64,000 bases of DNA from an uncultured Lachnospiraceae bacterium (GCA_947588995.1 CANPZI010000003.1:128180-192179), one strand, 5' to 3'; shown: positions 18,200 through 28,208, counted from the stretch's first letter. The notes: generated by a model not told the origin, from the sequence alone. Program-made: numbers and translations.

Positions 18200-18736
18200 A
18201 TGGCATCGAAAAATGAAGAAGCGGCTGGCGTTGCGGCATTTGACGCCATATATACGACAAACGAACTGCAGAAGCTCAAGATTCTTCTGCCCTGCCTGGA
18301 ACCGTCCCTGCAAAAGCATCTGGCGGTCTATATCAAATACAGGGAACTGTGCTACACGATGCAGTATGTCAGGCGGCACGCGTCCCAGCTTAGCGGCTGC
18401 AGCCTCTCTTCCGGCGGTAAACCGGATCTGTATGCCCTGTGCGGCCAGCTGTCGCTCTACTCGACGCCGGAAGAGATCAGACAGCTGGAGCAGCTGCAGA
18501 ATATGGGCAGAACCTGGGAGAACATGCAGGAGATGGCGCAGACCATGTCGGCCCTGCAGGAACTCTTCCCCGATTCCGGCATTCCGCCTTTTGGAGACGG
18601 GCCGTCTCCCTTTGACGGCGAGAGCGGCGCGTCAGCGCAGGCCGGACCTTTTTCCGCAGATATGCTCCTTGGCATGCTCACGCCCGAACAGAGAGCCATG
18701 TACGATATGTTCCTGCAAAGAGACGAAACGGGATAA
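18200..18736 (+). CDS. hypothetical protein
   Basis: 178 aa with protein-like composition (helical N-half, Gly/Pro/Ser-rich linker, short C-terminal helix LTPEQRAMYDMFL). GGAAAGG upstream. The overlapping frame 18126.. is Arg/Cys/Ser-rich and was rejected. Confidence 0.55.
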   Translation: MASKNEEAAGVAAFDAIYTTNELQKLKILLPCLEPSLQKHLAVYIKYRELCYTMQYVRRHASQLSGCSLSSGGKPDLYALCGQLSLYSTPEEIRQLEQLQNMGRTWENMQEMAQTMSALQELFPDSGIPPFGDGPSPFDGESGASAQAGPFSADMLLGMLTPEQRAMYDMFLQRDETG

Positions 18737-18794
18737 AAAAAGAAGCCCGCATGAGGGCTTCCCAAAATCAAATTTCCGAAACAGAGGTGAGAAT

Positions 18795-19061
18795 ATGACA
18801 GACAACTGGATGGATGATCCGTCTCTCGCAGACATCGACCGCGGCAAACTCGCTTTCCTGCAGTCGCTGATCTTCGAGAGCCGCTCTCTGAGCAGAGAGC
18901 AGATGCTCCCTTTCCTGATGGCCGCCGTCCGCAAAAGCAAAGACAGCCGCATCGCATTTGACGGCGGGGAGGTGAAACGCATCACCTCCGTCATCCGCAA
19001 ATATGCCGCGCCCGAAGAGCTGGAAAGCCTCGACAGCCTGCTGCGGCTGCGCGGGCGCTGA
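18795..19061 (+). CDS. hypothetical protein
   Basis: 88 aa beginning MTDNWMDDPSLADIDRGKLAFLQSL. GAGGTGAG RBS at 18785..18792. It is the 3' part of tracked ORF 18126..19061. Confidence 0.55.
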   Translation: MTDNWMDDPSLADIDRGKLAFLQSLIFESRSLSREQMLPFLMAAVRKSKDSRIAFDGGEVKRITSVIRKYAAPEELESLDSLLRLRGR

Positions 19062-19071
19062 TCCCGGCACG

Positions 19072-21600
19072 CTATTTCTGAACGATATTGACGATTCTGC
19101 CCGGCACGTAAATCTCCTTGACGATGGTGCCGGTCAGCTTGTCGGCGACGGCCTCTTTCGCCCTGGCGATGACGTCCTCTTTCGGATCGTCCTTGCCGAT
19201 CTCCAGGGTAGCCCTCGTCTTACCGTTGATCTGCACCGCGATCTCCACGGTGTGCTCGACGGTCTTGGCTTCGTCATATTCCGGCCATGATGTCTGATAA
19301 ATCCTGCCGGGGAAACCGACCCTCTCCCACAGTTCCTCGGTGATATGGGGCGCCACGGGATTTAACAGCGTAAGAAGCGTCTTGAACTCGCCCCTGGTCA
19401 CCGCGTTTTTCCTGTAAAATTCATTGATTAACGCCATCATCGCCGCGATGGCGGTATTGTACTTCAGATTTTCAAAATCGCCGCTGACTTTTTTGATGGT
19501 CTGGTGCATCTTCGTCTCCAGATCCGCAGAGTACGCCTCGTCGTCCGTCATGCAGTCCTGCAGCTTCCACACGCGCTCCAGGAAACGTCTGCAGCCCTTG
19601 ACGCCGTCCTCGCTCCAGCCGGCGCTCATCTCAAAGGCGCCGATGAACATCTCATAAGTCCTCAGGGTATCCGCGCCGTACTCCGTCACAATATCGTCGG
19701 GGTTCACCACATTGCCGAGGGATTTTGACATCTTCACCACGGGATGCTCCGCCATCTCGCCGTACTTCTCTTTCAGCGCTTCCCGCGCCGCTTTCTCACT
19801 GCCGTACTCCGCGAGCAGCTTCTCCTGCTCTTTCGCGGGCAGATTGGCATAGTTGTGCGGATTCAGCCCCAGAATCATGCCGTGGGACGTTCTCTTGGCA
19901 TAGGGTTCCGGACAGGGCACAACTTTCTGGTCATAGAGAAACTTATGCCAGAACCGGGAGTACAGAAGATGCAGCGTGGTATGCTCCATGCCGCCGTTGT
20001 ACCAGTCTACCGGCATCCAGTATGCCAGCGCCTCTTTGCTCGCCAGCGCCTCCGTGTTGTTCGGATCCGTATAGCGGAGGAAATACCAGGAAGAACCCGC
20101 CCACTGGGGCATGGTGTCCGTCTCCCGCTTCGCCGGTCCGCCGCAGCACGGACAGGTCGTGTTCACCCAGTCCGTCATAAGCGCCAACGGCGACTCGCCG
20201 TTGTCGGTCGGCATGTAGCTGTCCACCTCGGGCAGCTCTAACGGCAGCTCGCTCTCGTCAAGCGGCACATAGCCGCACTTGTCACAGTGCACAACCGGGA
20301 TCGGCTCGCCCCAGTAACGCTGTCTGGAGAAGACCCAGTCCCTGAGTTTGAAATTGGTCTTCGCGCAGCCGATGCCTTTTTCCTCGAGGAAAGCGATCAT
20401 CTTCTCCTTTGCCTCCGCCACATTCATGCCGTTTAAGAAGCCGGAGTTGACGAGCGTGCCGTCGGCCACATCGGTATACACTTCCTCCTGCACGTCGCGT
20501 CCGCCCGCTACCACCTCGATGATCGGCAGACCAAACTTTTTCGCGAAATCCCAGTCTCTCTCATCGTGCGCCGGCACCGCCATGATCGCGCCCGTGCCGT
20601 AGCTCATCAGCACATAGTCGGAGATAAAGATCGGAATCTCCACATCATTCACGGGATTCACCGCCGTCAGGCCGTCAAGCTTCACGCCGGTCTTATCTTT
20701 CGCCAGTTCCGCCCGCTCAAAATCAGACTTTCTCGCCGCCTGCTCGCGGTAAGCCTCAACTTCGCTCCAGTTGGCAATGTCGTCCTTATATTTGTCCAAC
20801 AGAGGATGCTCCGGCGACATGACCATATAGGTCACGCCGAACAGCGTGTCGCATCTGGTCGTATAGATGCGCATCTTATCCTCTTTGCCCTTGATGATAA
20901 AATCCACTTCCGCGCCGGTGGACTTGCCGATCCAGTTCTTCTGGGAGACTTTCACGCGCTCCACATAATCGACGGTGTCAAGCCCCTCAATCAGCTTGTC
21001 GGCATACTCCGTGATCTTTAACATCCACTGGCTCTTCACCTTGCGGACCACCTCGGAACCGCAGCGCTCGCAGACGCCGTTGACAACCTCCTCGTTGGCC
21101 AGGCCCACCTTGCAGGAAGTACACCAGTTGATCGGCATCTCCGACTTGTACGCCAGTCCCGCCTTAAACAGCTTTAAGAAAATCCACTGTGTCCATTTAT
21201 AATAGTTCGGGTCGGTCGTGTTGACCTCCCTGTCCCAGTCGAAAGAGTAGCCCAGCGAATGCAGCTGATCCTTGAAACGCTTCACGTTGTTCTTCGTCAC
21301 GATCTTCGGATGGATATGATTCTGGATCGCATAATTCTCCGTCGGCAGGCCGAACGCATCCCATCCCATCGGATAGAGCACATTGTAACCCTGCATTCTC
21401 CGCTTTCTCGCCACGATGTCAAGCGCGGTATAGGGCCTTGGATGCCCTACATGAAGCCCCTGTCCTGAGGGATAGGGGAACTCTACCAGTGCATAATACT
21501 TCGGCCTGGAGTAATCATCCGAAGTCTTAAAAGCTTTTTCGTCGTCCCAGATCTTCTGCCATTTCGTCTCTACTTCTCTGTGATTGTATACTTCCGCCAT
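19072..21600 (-). CDS. leuS: leucine--tRNA ligase
   Basis: [18 protein letters not shown] start, HVGH (HIGH) motif, KMSKS motif (VKMSKSLGN), CP1 editing domain. Confidence 0.95.
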   Translation of the reverse strand: MAEVYNHREVETKWQKIWDDEKAFKTSDDYSRPKYYALVEFPYPSGQGLHVGHPRPYTALDIVARKRRMQGYNVLYPMGWDAFGLPTENYAIQNHIHPKIVTKNNVKRFKDQLHSLGYSFDWDREVNTTDPNYYKWTQWIFLKLFKAGLAYKSEMPINWCTSCKVGLANEEVVNGVCERCGSEVVRKVKSQWMLKITEYADKLIEGLDTVDYVERVKVSQKNWIGKSTGAEVDFIIKGKEDKMRIYTTRCDTLFGVTYMVMSPEHPLLDKYKDDIANWSEVEAYREQAARKSDFERAELAKDKTGVKLDGLTAVNPVNDVEIPIFISDYVLMSYGTGAIMAVPAHDERDWDFAKKFGLPIIEVVAGGRDVQEEVYTDVADGTLVNSGFLNGMNVAEAKEKMIAFLEEKGIGCAKTNFKLRDWVFSRQRYWGEPIPVVHCDKCGYVPLDESELPLELPEVDSYMPTDNGESPLALMTDWVNTTCPCCGGPAKRETDTMPQWAGSSWYFLRYTDPNNTEALASKEALAYWMPVDWYNGGMEHTTLHLLYSRFWHKFLYDQKVVPCPEPYAKRTSHGMILGLNPHNYANLPAKEQEKLLAEYGSEKAAREALKEKYGEMAEHPVVKMSKSLGNVVNPDDIVTEYGADTLRTYEMFIGAFEMSAGWSEDGVKGCRRFLERVWKLQDCMTDDEAYSADLETKMHQTIKKVSGDFENLKYNTAIAAMMALINEFYRKNAVTRGEFKTLLTLLNPVAPHITEELWERVGFPGRIYQTSWPEYDEAKTVEHTVEIAVQINGKTRATLEIGKDDPKEDVIARAKEAVADKLTGTIVKEIYVPGRIVNIVQK

Positions 21601-21708
21601 CAGTACCTGTCCTCTCTGTCCGCATTTCCGAAGACCGCTTTGCCGCAAACCGCCTGTCCGGCCCGGCGCCGCACGCCGATCTCCGCTTGATCCTGCGGAA
21701 ACATAACC

Positions 21709-21736
21709 ATTTTACTATACCGGGTAGATTTGTCAA
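21709..21736 (-). promoter_or_regulatory. candidate sigma-A promoter for leuS
   Basis: Minus strand: TTGACA (21736..21731), 16 nt, TAAAAT (21714..21709). Confidence 0.4.
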
Positions 21737-21737
21737 G

Positions 21738-22388
21738 TCACTTCATCTTCCCCAGTCTCGCCGGATTCGCGATCACGATCAGCCGCATGAAACTCTCCAG
21801 CGGGCGGTTCGGATCGATGTTCACGCAGACGCTGTCGCCCTCCAGAACAGCTGCCACGTTGATCCCGTACTTCTGCCTGAGTTTCAGTTCGATCAGGCTC
21901 TTGCCGACCCACTCCGGCCTGATCTCGAGTTCGATCATGGACACGTCTTTCGACAGTTCCACGATATCGACAAAACCGGAACTTAAGAGATTCTTCGCCA
22001 GCCGGATTCCCGACTCATTCTCCGGGAAGACGACTCTGTCTGCGCCCACTTTGCTTAAGATCCTGCAGTTCATCTCGCTGGCGCACTTCGTGATCACGGT
22101 TTTGACCCCGATCTCCTTACACAGCATCGTGGCCATGACGCTGGCTTCCAGATTCGTCGCCATGGCGATGATCACGACATCCACGTTGGCGATGCCAAGC
22201 CGCCTGATCACCTCCGCGTCCGTCACGTCCGCACACTTGCAGTACGGAATATCCGCGATCGACTCGTTGACGAGATTCTCGTCGATATCCACGGCGAGCA
22301 CTTCCGCACCGCTCTCCACCAGTTCCCTGGCCACGGCTCTCCCGTATCTGCCCAGTCCGAACACCGCATAGGATCTGTTCACGCTCAT
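21738..22388 (-). CDS. trkA: TrkA/KtrA-family potassium uptake regulatory protein
   Basis: Rossmann motif AVFGLGRYGRAVA, RCK N and C domains, 216 aa. Confidence 0.88.
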   Translation of the reverse strand: MSVNRSYAVFGLGRYGRAVARELVESGAEVLAVDIDENLVNESIADIPYCKCADVTDAEVIRRLGIANVDVVIIAMATNLEASVMATMLCKEIGVKTVITKCASEMNCRILSKVGADRVVFPENESGIRLAKNLLSSGFVDIVELSKDVSMIELEIRPEWVGKSLIELKLRQKYGINVAAVLEGDSVCVNIDPNRPLESFMRLIVIANPARLGKMK

Positions 22389-22421
22389 CTCTTATCTCTC
22401 CTCTCTTTTCCGTATCCTGCG

Positions 22422-23777
22422 TCAGCCGACGCTGATCTCCTCCGCCGGCTCCCTGATGATATTGCTGCTTTCTTTTCTCGTGTGAAAGGCGATCACGAGA
22501 GAGATCGGCCCTACCCGGCCGAAATACATCGTCACGATGATGATCAGCTTGCCCCAGAGATTTAACGACGGCGTCAGATTCCTCGTAAGCCCTACCGTAG
22601 CCGTGGCGCTGACCGTCTCATAGGCGATATCCAGCGCGTCCGCATCGGTACAGGCCGACAGCAGCACGGTCGCGGTGAACATGATGAGAAAGGACATGCA
22701 CACTACCGCCACCGCCTTGCTGACCGCCTGCTTCGGGATCGTCCTGTGAAAAAGCACCGCGTCCTCCCGGCCTCGGATGGCCGCAAAGGCGAAGACAAGC
22801 AGGACCGCAACCGTCACGGTCTTGACACCGCCGGCGGTGCCCACCGGAGAGCCGCCGATAAACATAAGAAACAGGGAGACGATGGCCGAGGCGTTGGTCA
22901 TATCCTGCTGGGGGATCGTCGCGAAGCCCGCCGTCCTGGTCGTCACCGACTGGAAAACGGCCGCCATAACTTTCTCCGGAAACGTATACGTCCGCATGGT
23001 CAGCGGATTGTCATATTCAAAGAACAAAAAAGCCGCCGCGCCCGACAGAATCAGGAATGCAGTGACCGCCAGCGCGATCTTGCTGTGGAGCGTCAGACTG
23101 CGAAGACATCTTCCGTGCAGCCTTTTCCTGTCCCGCCACACGCGCACCACGTCCCACCAGACGATATAGCCGATGCCGCCGAACACAATCAGGAGGCAGG
23201 TCACCAGATTGACGACAGGATTCAGCGCGTATCCGCACAGACTGTCCTCCGCCAAAATGTCCATGCCGGCATTGCAGAAAGCCGAAACCGCATTGAAGAC
23301 GGAAATCCATACGCCTCTCACGCCGTACTCCGGCACGAATACCGTCATGTACAGAAGCGCGCCGACACCCTCCACCGCAAATGTGCCGGCCAGCACTTTC
23401 CGGATGAACCTGACGATGCCGGACATGGTGTTCAGGTTAAAGGCGTCCTGGATCAGCATCCTGTCGCCGATGCCGATCCTGCGGTGCAGGCCGATCAGCA
23501 GGCCCGTGAGAATCGTGATCACGCCCAGTCCGCCGATCTGGATCAGGACCAGGATGACCGCCTGCCCGAAAGCGCTCCATGCCGTCGCCGTCGGCACGGT
23601 CACCAGGCCCGTCACGCACACCGCCGTGGTCGCCGTAAAGAGCGCGTCAATATAGGGAACCGCCTGCCCGTCCGCCGCGCTGATAGGCAGGGCCAGAAAC
23701 AGACTGCCCGCCAGTATGGCGAGAAAAAAGCTGAGCAGAATGGTCTGGGTTGTGGATAAACGAATCTTATGTCTCAT
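22422..23777 (-). CDS. trkH: TrkH/KtrB-family potassium transporter
   Basis: 451 aa, polytopic. Selectivity-filter-like repeats (TAVCVTGL, NAGMD, TTRTAGFAT, ATVGLT). Confidence 0.88.
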   Translation of the reverse strand: MRHKIRLSTTQTILLSFFLAILAGSLFLALPISAADGQAVPYIDALFTATTAVCVTGLVTVPTATAWSAFGQAVILVLIQIGGLGVITILTGLLIGLHRRIGIGDRMLIQDAFNLNTMSGIVRFIRKVLAGTFAVEGVGALLYMTVFVPEYGVRGVWISVFNAVSAFCNAGMDILAEDSLCGYALNPVVNLVTCLLIVFGGIGYIVWWDVVRVWRDRKRLHGRCLRSLTLHSKIALAVTAFLILSGAAAFLFFEYDNPLTMRTYTFPEKVMAAVFQSVTTRTAGFATIPQQDMTNASAIVSLFLMFIGGSPVGTAGGVKTVTVAVLLVFAFAAIRGREDAVLFHRTIPKQAVSKAVAVVCMSFLIMFTATVLLSACTDADALDIAYETVSATATVGLTRNLTPSLNLWGKLIIIVTMYFGRVGPISLVIAFHTRKESSNIIREPAEEISVG

Positions 23778-24292
23778 GATTCCGCCTCCGAACGGCGCAG
23801 GCTCCGCCTGTAAAAGAACAGGACAATCCGCTCCAGACAGCGCTTCAGGACAATCTGGATCTCCTCTTTCGGATGAATAGGCTGCACCAGAACCGTATGG
23901 ATACCCGCCTTTCTGGCGCCCCAGATATCGGTAAAAAGCTGATCGCCCACGAACAGCGTCGTCTCCCGGTCGGTTCCCATCCGCCGCATTGCCTCAAGAT
24001 AGCCCCGGGCCGCCGGCTTCCCCGCCTTGTAGAGATAGAGAGAACCAACCCGGTCATTGAACGACCTGACTCTGGGTTCTTTATTGTTGGACAGGATAAA
24101 GCTGGCAAAGCCGATCTCACGAAGACGCGCAAAGAGCGCGATGCTGCGCTCGTCCGCAGGCGCGCCGTGCGGCACCAGCGTGTTGTCGATATCAAAAATC
24201 ACGCCGCGGTATCCCTGCCGGTAAAACGCTTCAAAATCGATCTGATAAGTGCTCTCGCAGCATTCATCCGGGAAAAAGCGTTCCAGAATCAT
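23774..24292 (-). CDS. yqeG: YqeG-family HAD-IIIA phosphatase
   Basis: GVIFDIDNTLVPH, ILSNN, FVGDQLFTDIWGA. The stop overlaps the trkH start (ATGA). Confidence 0.85.
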   Translation of the reverse strand: MILERFFPDECCESTYQIDFEAFYRQGYRGVIFDIDNTLVPHGAPADERSIALFARLREIGFASFILSNNKEPRVRSFNDRVGSLYLYKAGKPAARGYLEAMRRMGTDRETTLFVGDQLFTDIWGARKAGIHTVLVQPIHPKEEIQIVLKRCLERIVLFFYRRSLRRSEAES

Positions 24293-24320
24293 CGTCTGTC
24301 ATCTCCTCGCATTTTTTCGG

Positions 24321-24354
24321 CAAAAACACCCTCTCCCCGCGCGGGAAAGGGTGT
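24321..24354 (-). terminator. Rho-independent terminator ending the accessory gene string
   Basis: Minus strand: ACACCCTTTCCC-GCGCG-GGGAGAGGGTGT (12-bp stem, one G-U pair) followed by TTTTT. Confidence 0.7.
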
Positions 24355-24386
24355 CTGTATCATACCGGGGCAGACCTCAGTGCCCC

Positions 24387-25061
24387 TCACTCCGTGATGA
24401 CCTCCAGATAGCCTACCATCTTCTCGTGGTCAAACTCCTTGAACACGCCAAGATTCGGGTCATAATACTGTCCGTCATAGCCTACCAGATAGTGGCTGTA
24501 TCTTCCCATCTTCTCCATGATAATGCAGCACTTCGGCAGCTCCACGGACTTGCCCAGCGTATACACGAGCTTGTCCGCGTGACGGATGCCCAGATACTCC
24601 AGCGTCGCGATCATTTTGCTCATATTCGCCTGCCACTCGCGGCACTTCATGATATCGCAGGCCTCGTCCAGCGTCGTGCCCGCGATCATCGCGATGCAGG
24701 ACTGTCCGCACAGGCCGTCCCATGGCTGTGTGACCAGATTGATGCCGTCAATTTTGCGGATCGGATTCTCGGTGCTGTAAGGGCTGTTGCCGCTCAGCGC
24801 CGTCACGTTGTTGCCCACGATCTCGATGGAGATGGTGTACTTCTTGCCCAGCTCCACTTTCGACAACGTCTCCTGGCTGATGGGGATATCGTAATACCCC
24901 TGCCCTTTCGGCACCAGATCGCAGATAAAGCACACCTCGTCAAAGCACACTCTGACCGGCGCGTCGCCCACTTTCTCGCATACCTCCCACACATTGAACG
25001 GAACGGCGATCGTGTTCTCATTCTCCCGAAATTCCACCGTTCCCTCAAATTCGTATTTCAT
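24387..25061 (-). CDS. DUF1905-like domain fused to papain-like (C39-like) cysteine peptidase domain
   Basis: N-half MKYEFEGTVEFRENENTIAVPFNVWEV...PVRVCFDEVCFICDLVPKGQGYYDIPIS resembles DUF1905. C-half has DGLCGQSCIAMIAG (Cys), GRYSHYLVGYDG (His) and YYDPN (Asp). No signal peptide. GGAAAGG RBS before the ATG at 25061. Confidence 0.6.
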   Translation of the reverse strand: MKYEFEGTVEFRENENTIAVPFNVWEVCEKVGDAPVRVCFDEVCFICDLVPKGQGYYDIPISQETLSKVELGKKYTISIEIVGNNVTALSGNSPYSTENPIRKIDGINLVTQPWDGLCGQSCIAMIAGTTLDEACDIMKCREWQANMSKMIATLEYLGIRHADKLVYTLGKSVELPKCCIIMEKMGRYSHYLVGYDGQYYDPNLGVFKEFDHEKMVGYLEVITE

Positions 25062-25144
25062 CGTAACCCCGCCTTTCCTGAATATAATACTAAAATTAAG
25101 TATATCACAATTTTTTATCACCGCAAAGTGGAAATCTTGTATTC

Positions 25145-26059
25145 TCACTCCAATTTTGACGGCGCTCTCCCCACGATCGCCTTAAACCGTCTGGCAAAGG
25201 TGGAATAATCCCGGAATCCGCACTCATAACAGGCCCTGGAGGCCGGCATGCCGGCGAGGATCATCTGTCTTGCCGCCTGAACCCGTTTCTCATTGATATA
25301 CCGGTGGATCGAATAGCCCGTGGCCTCCTTGAACTGCCGCATCAGATGATATTTGCTGACATAGCACTGTCTGGCCAGCGTGTCCACGCTGATCTCCTCC
25401 GCCAGATGCTCGCGGATATAGGCGATCACATCGATCACTTTCTCGTGATAGGCCGCCGTGGTGATAAAGGCCTGCGGCTGTCCGGCAACGCTCCGGTTAA
25501 AGAGCGCCATAAACTCCAGGAAAGCGCTCTTCAGGAGCAGATCGCCCATGTATTCCTCTCTCTGCCTGTCAGCCTGTTCCATGCGCAGCAGACAGCCCAC
25601 AAGCTGTCCGTAACTGTCCGGCGCGAAGTGAACGACATGATTCTGCCGGCGTGACGCCTCCTCAAAGCAGAATTTCAGGCTCTCGCCGCGCTCGTTTTTC
25701 TCCGCGAGGAACTCCTCCGACAGGTAAACGATGTATCTCTCGTAGGGCACACTCCCGTCTATCTCCGGCTTGTGGATGACGTTCGCGCCCACCAGCACGA
25801 AATCATGCGGCTTCAGGTGATAGGTCTTTCCCTCGACTTTATAATCCACCCTGCCGTCCACCAGATAAATCATTTTGCAGAATTCATGGTAATGAAAAGG
25901 AAACGTGCGTTCCGCACAGTCGCGAATATGAAATATCCTGAACGGCTCGGTCAGATATCCCGTCTTCTCATAATGTTCAAATTCCGCCGTCCCGTCTGCA
26001 GGCAGGATCTCTTCGCCGCCGCACCTGAGACGGCGGTCACGGTCCGCTCTCTCACTCAT
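25145..26059 (-). CDS. AraC-family transcriptional regulator with cupin sensor domain
   Basis: N-terminal cupin (FPFHYHEFCKMIYLVDG). C-terminal dual HTH (SVDTLARQCYVSKYHLMRQFKE ... GFRDYSTFARRFK). The ATG at 26059 overlaps the upstream GH25 stop by 8 nt. Confidence 0.85.
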   Translation of the reverse strand: MSERADRDRRLRCGGEEILPADGTAEFEHYEKTGYLTEPFRIFHIRDCAERTFPFHYHEFCKMIYLVDGRVDYKVEGKTYHLKPHDFVLVGANVIHKPEIDGSVPYERYIVYLSEEFLAEKNERGESLKFCFEEASRRQNHVVHFAPDSYGQLVGCLLRMEQADRQREEYMGDLLLKSAFLEFMALFNRSVAGQPQAFITTAAYHEKVIDVIAYIREHLAEEISVDTLARQCYVSKYHLMRQFKEATGYSIHRYINEKRVQAARQMILAGMPASRACYECGFRDYSTFARRFKAIVGRAPSKLE

Positions 26060-27173
26060 CGGCAAGATCCTCAAAACTGATATTCAGATCCACGTTCGCC
26101 CCGATGCCGTCCACTCTGCCCTTGTCTGTGTACTGCCAGATCCTGAACGCATAGGGATAGTATGGCATCTCATCATAGTTGGCAAACCACTTGTCATACT
26201 CTTCCAACTGCGTCAGGTCAAGCATCAGCATAAAAGTCTTTAAGTTGCCGTAGATCATAGGCGTGTATCCCGCTTCCCTGATCTTTTCACAAAACGCGAT
26301 ACAGTACTTTGTCCGCTCCTCTTTCGTGAGCTCCCTCGTCCGCGCCCGCGTGTTGGCCACAGCCTCCACATCGAGCACGACGGGATAATCCACCTCGTAC
26401 GGCGCGATTTGATCCAGCACATATTCGGCCTCCTCCTCGGCCTCCTCCACGCTGGTCGCCTGGGTAAAGAAATACACGCCCACGTCGATATCGTTCTGCC
26501 GCGCGCCCTTGATATTTGCCTCAAACTGCTCGTCTTCCTGGATGGCGCCCTCCGTGTAGCCCCTGATGCCAAGCCGGATAAAGGCGTACTCCACCTCGTC
26601 CCCGGCGACTTTCTCCCAGTTGATCTCGCCCTGATATCTGGACACATCGATGCCCTTGTGGGAGATCCGCTCTCCTCCCGCATAGTAGTGCATCACCTGA
26701 TCTTCATCCGGCACAAACCCCGCCGGATCGTATGTATTGTGCGTCAGTTCGTCCGAGATCGGGAAAAAATAAAATTCTCCCGCATCCGCCAGGACAACCT
26801 CGTCCGGATAGAAATACCGCAGCATATCCACCACGTTCTTCCCGGAGAGCAGGAGTTCTTTCATCTGATCCAGATACTCCTGTGTGACCGTCTCTGCCGT
26901 GCGCTGCTCCGCCTCCGCGACCGCCTGGTCGAGCATGGCGTCCACCTCGCTCTGCGTGTATGTGACCGTCTCGTCCATGCGGATCGCCTCCAGCTCGCTC
27001 ATGACGACCGTATTTTCCATCTGCACGGCGCGGTATTTGAATACCAGCATCAGACTGATCGTAATCGCCGTAAGCGTGACGACGCACAGAATGATCGAAC
27101 CGAGCAGTATGCCGTTCTCACTCCGTCTGTATTTTTTCTTACGTCTTTTGCTCTGCATGTGATCTCCCCGCAT
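26052..27173 (-). CDS. GH25 muramidase (lysozyme) with N-terminal membrane anchor
   Basis: GIDVSRYQGEINWEKV...YAFIRLG...DVGVYFF is the GH25 signature. Basic N-terminus plus TM ILLGSIILCVVTLTAITISLMLVF. Alternative ATG at 27158. Confidence 0.85.
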   Translation of the reverse strand: MRGDHMQSKRRKKKYRRSENGILLGSIILCVVTLTAITISLMLVFKYRAVQMENTVVMSELEAIRMDETVTYTQSEVDAMLDQAVAEAEQRTAETVTQEYLDQMKELLLSGKNVVDMLRYFYPDEVVLADAGEFYFFPISDELTHNTYDPAGFVPDEDQVMHYYAGGERISHKGIDVSRYQGEINWEKVAGDEVEYAFIRLGIRGYTEGAIQEDEQFEANIKGARQNDIDVGVYFFTQATSVEEAEEEAEYVLDQIAPYEVDYPVVLDVEAVANTRARTRELTKEERTKYCIAFCEKIREAGYTPMIYGNLKTFMLMLDLTQLEEYDKWFANYDEMPYYPYAFRIWQYTDKGRVDGIGANVDLNISFEDLADE

Positions 27174-27214
27174 ATACGCTCCCCGAATTGATTGTCCGCG
27201 CCATTCTTTCGGCT

Positions 27215-28138
27215 CTATATCCGCTCGTTAAAGTAACTCTTATAACCTTCCCCAAAAATTTCCGAAGCGCTTGTCACGATCAGGAAAGAGTCCGCGTCCT
27301 CCTCCCGAACAATGCGCTCCACACGCGGAAAAACCGGTTTCTTCACGGCGCACAGCAGCACCTGTTTCCGCTCTCCGCTGTAAGCTCCCCTGCCCTCGAT
27401 CAGCGTCGCCCCGACAGCCAGCTCAGCGAGGATGCGCGCCCTGATCTCTTCCGGCCGGCCGCTGATGATATACAGAAGCTTCGCCTCGTCACGCCCGTAG
27501 AGCACGATATCCAGCACGAGCGAAGTGCATGTGGCCGCGATCGCCGCATAGAGCGCCGCGTCGATATCCCTGAAGACGAGGGCGGAGGCCGTCACGACCA
27601 CGGCGTCCGCGGCAAAGAAGAGATTGCCTGTCTTCAGGTGCGGAAACTTCAGCCGCAGCGCTTTCACCACGATATCCATACCGCCTGTGGTGGCTCCCTC
27701 CCTGAAGATCACGCCGATCGATACCGCGGACAAAATACCGCCCGCCAGAGACGCCAACAGCCTGTCGTCTGTCGCCGCCGGAAAACCCGACAGAAAATTC
27801 GTGAAGACGGCGATCAGCGCGGTGGCATAGATCGTCGAGACAGCCATCTTCAATCCGAATTTCCACACGGCGAACAGCAGGATCGGGACATTGAGAAGCA
27901 GGATCAGCGTACCCGTGCCGATCGGCACCAGTCTGTTTGCCACAATCGAGATGCCCGTGACACCGCCCGGCGCAATATTGTTCGGATCGACGAACAGGCT
28001 GACGCCGACCGCATAGACAAAGGCAGCCGCCGTTATCACAGTATATTTCTTCAGCCCGCCGATCTTGCCTGTACGCTTTTTTTCTTTTCTTCTCTTTCTT
28101 TGCTCCATGTCTGACACGCTCCCGCCCGGATACTGCAT
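27215..28138 (-). CDS. YitT-family membrane protein (DUF2179 C-terminal domain)
   Basis: YAVGVSLFVDPNNIAPGGVTGISIV motif, 5-6 TM helices, then a soluble C-domain. AGAGAGGAAAG RBS before the ATG at 28138. Confidence 0.8.
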   Translation of the reverse strand: MQYPGGSVSDMEQRKRRKEKKRTGKIGGLKKYTVITAAAFVYAVGVSLFVDPNNIAPGGVTGISIVANRLVPIGTGTLILLLNVPILLFAVWKFGLKMAVSTIYATALIAVFTNFLSGFPAATDDRLLASLAGGILSAVSIGVIFREGATTGGMDIVVKALRLKFPHLKTGNLFFAADAVVVTASALVFRDIDAALYAAIAATCTSLVLDIVLYGRDEAKLLYIISGRPEEIRARILAELAVGATLIEGRGAYSGERKQVLLCAVKKPVFPRVERIVREEDADSFLIVTSASEIFGEGYKSYFNERI

Positions 28139-28208
28139 TGCCGCTTTCCTCTCTGCTTAGCATATCCCGTTTTGCGGAATTCATGTCATGACAGGGGCCT
28201 GTCGCCCC

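Noticed and set aside
18126-18794. The 5' two-thirds of the 311-aa ORF 18126..19061, and the 176-aa minus-strand ORF 17849..18379.
   Set aside because: Both are Arg/Cys/Ser/Pro-rich and overlap better-looking ORFs (17829..18065 and 18200..18736). Only the part after the RBS-preceded ATG at 18795 looks coding.
21601-21737. Possible T-box leader upstream of leuS.
   Set aside because: Only about 137 nt are available and I found no T-box sequence (GGTGGTACCGCG-like) or specifier-loop architecture. Only a plausible promoter is present.
28139-28208. Short GC hairpin (GGGGC-GACAG-GCCCC) after the PP2C gene, considered as a possible terminator.
   Set aside because: The stem has only 5-6 bp and there is no T tract. 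That is insufficient to call a terminator.
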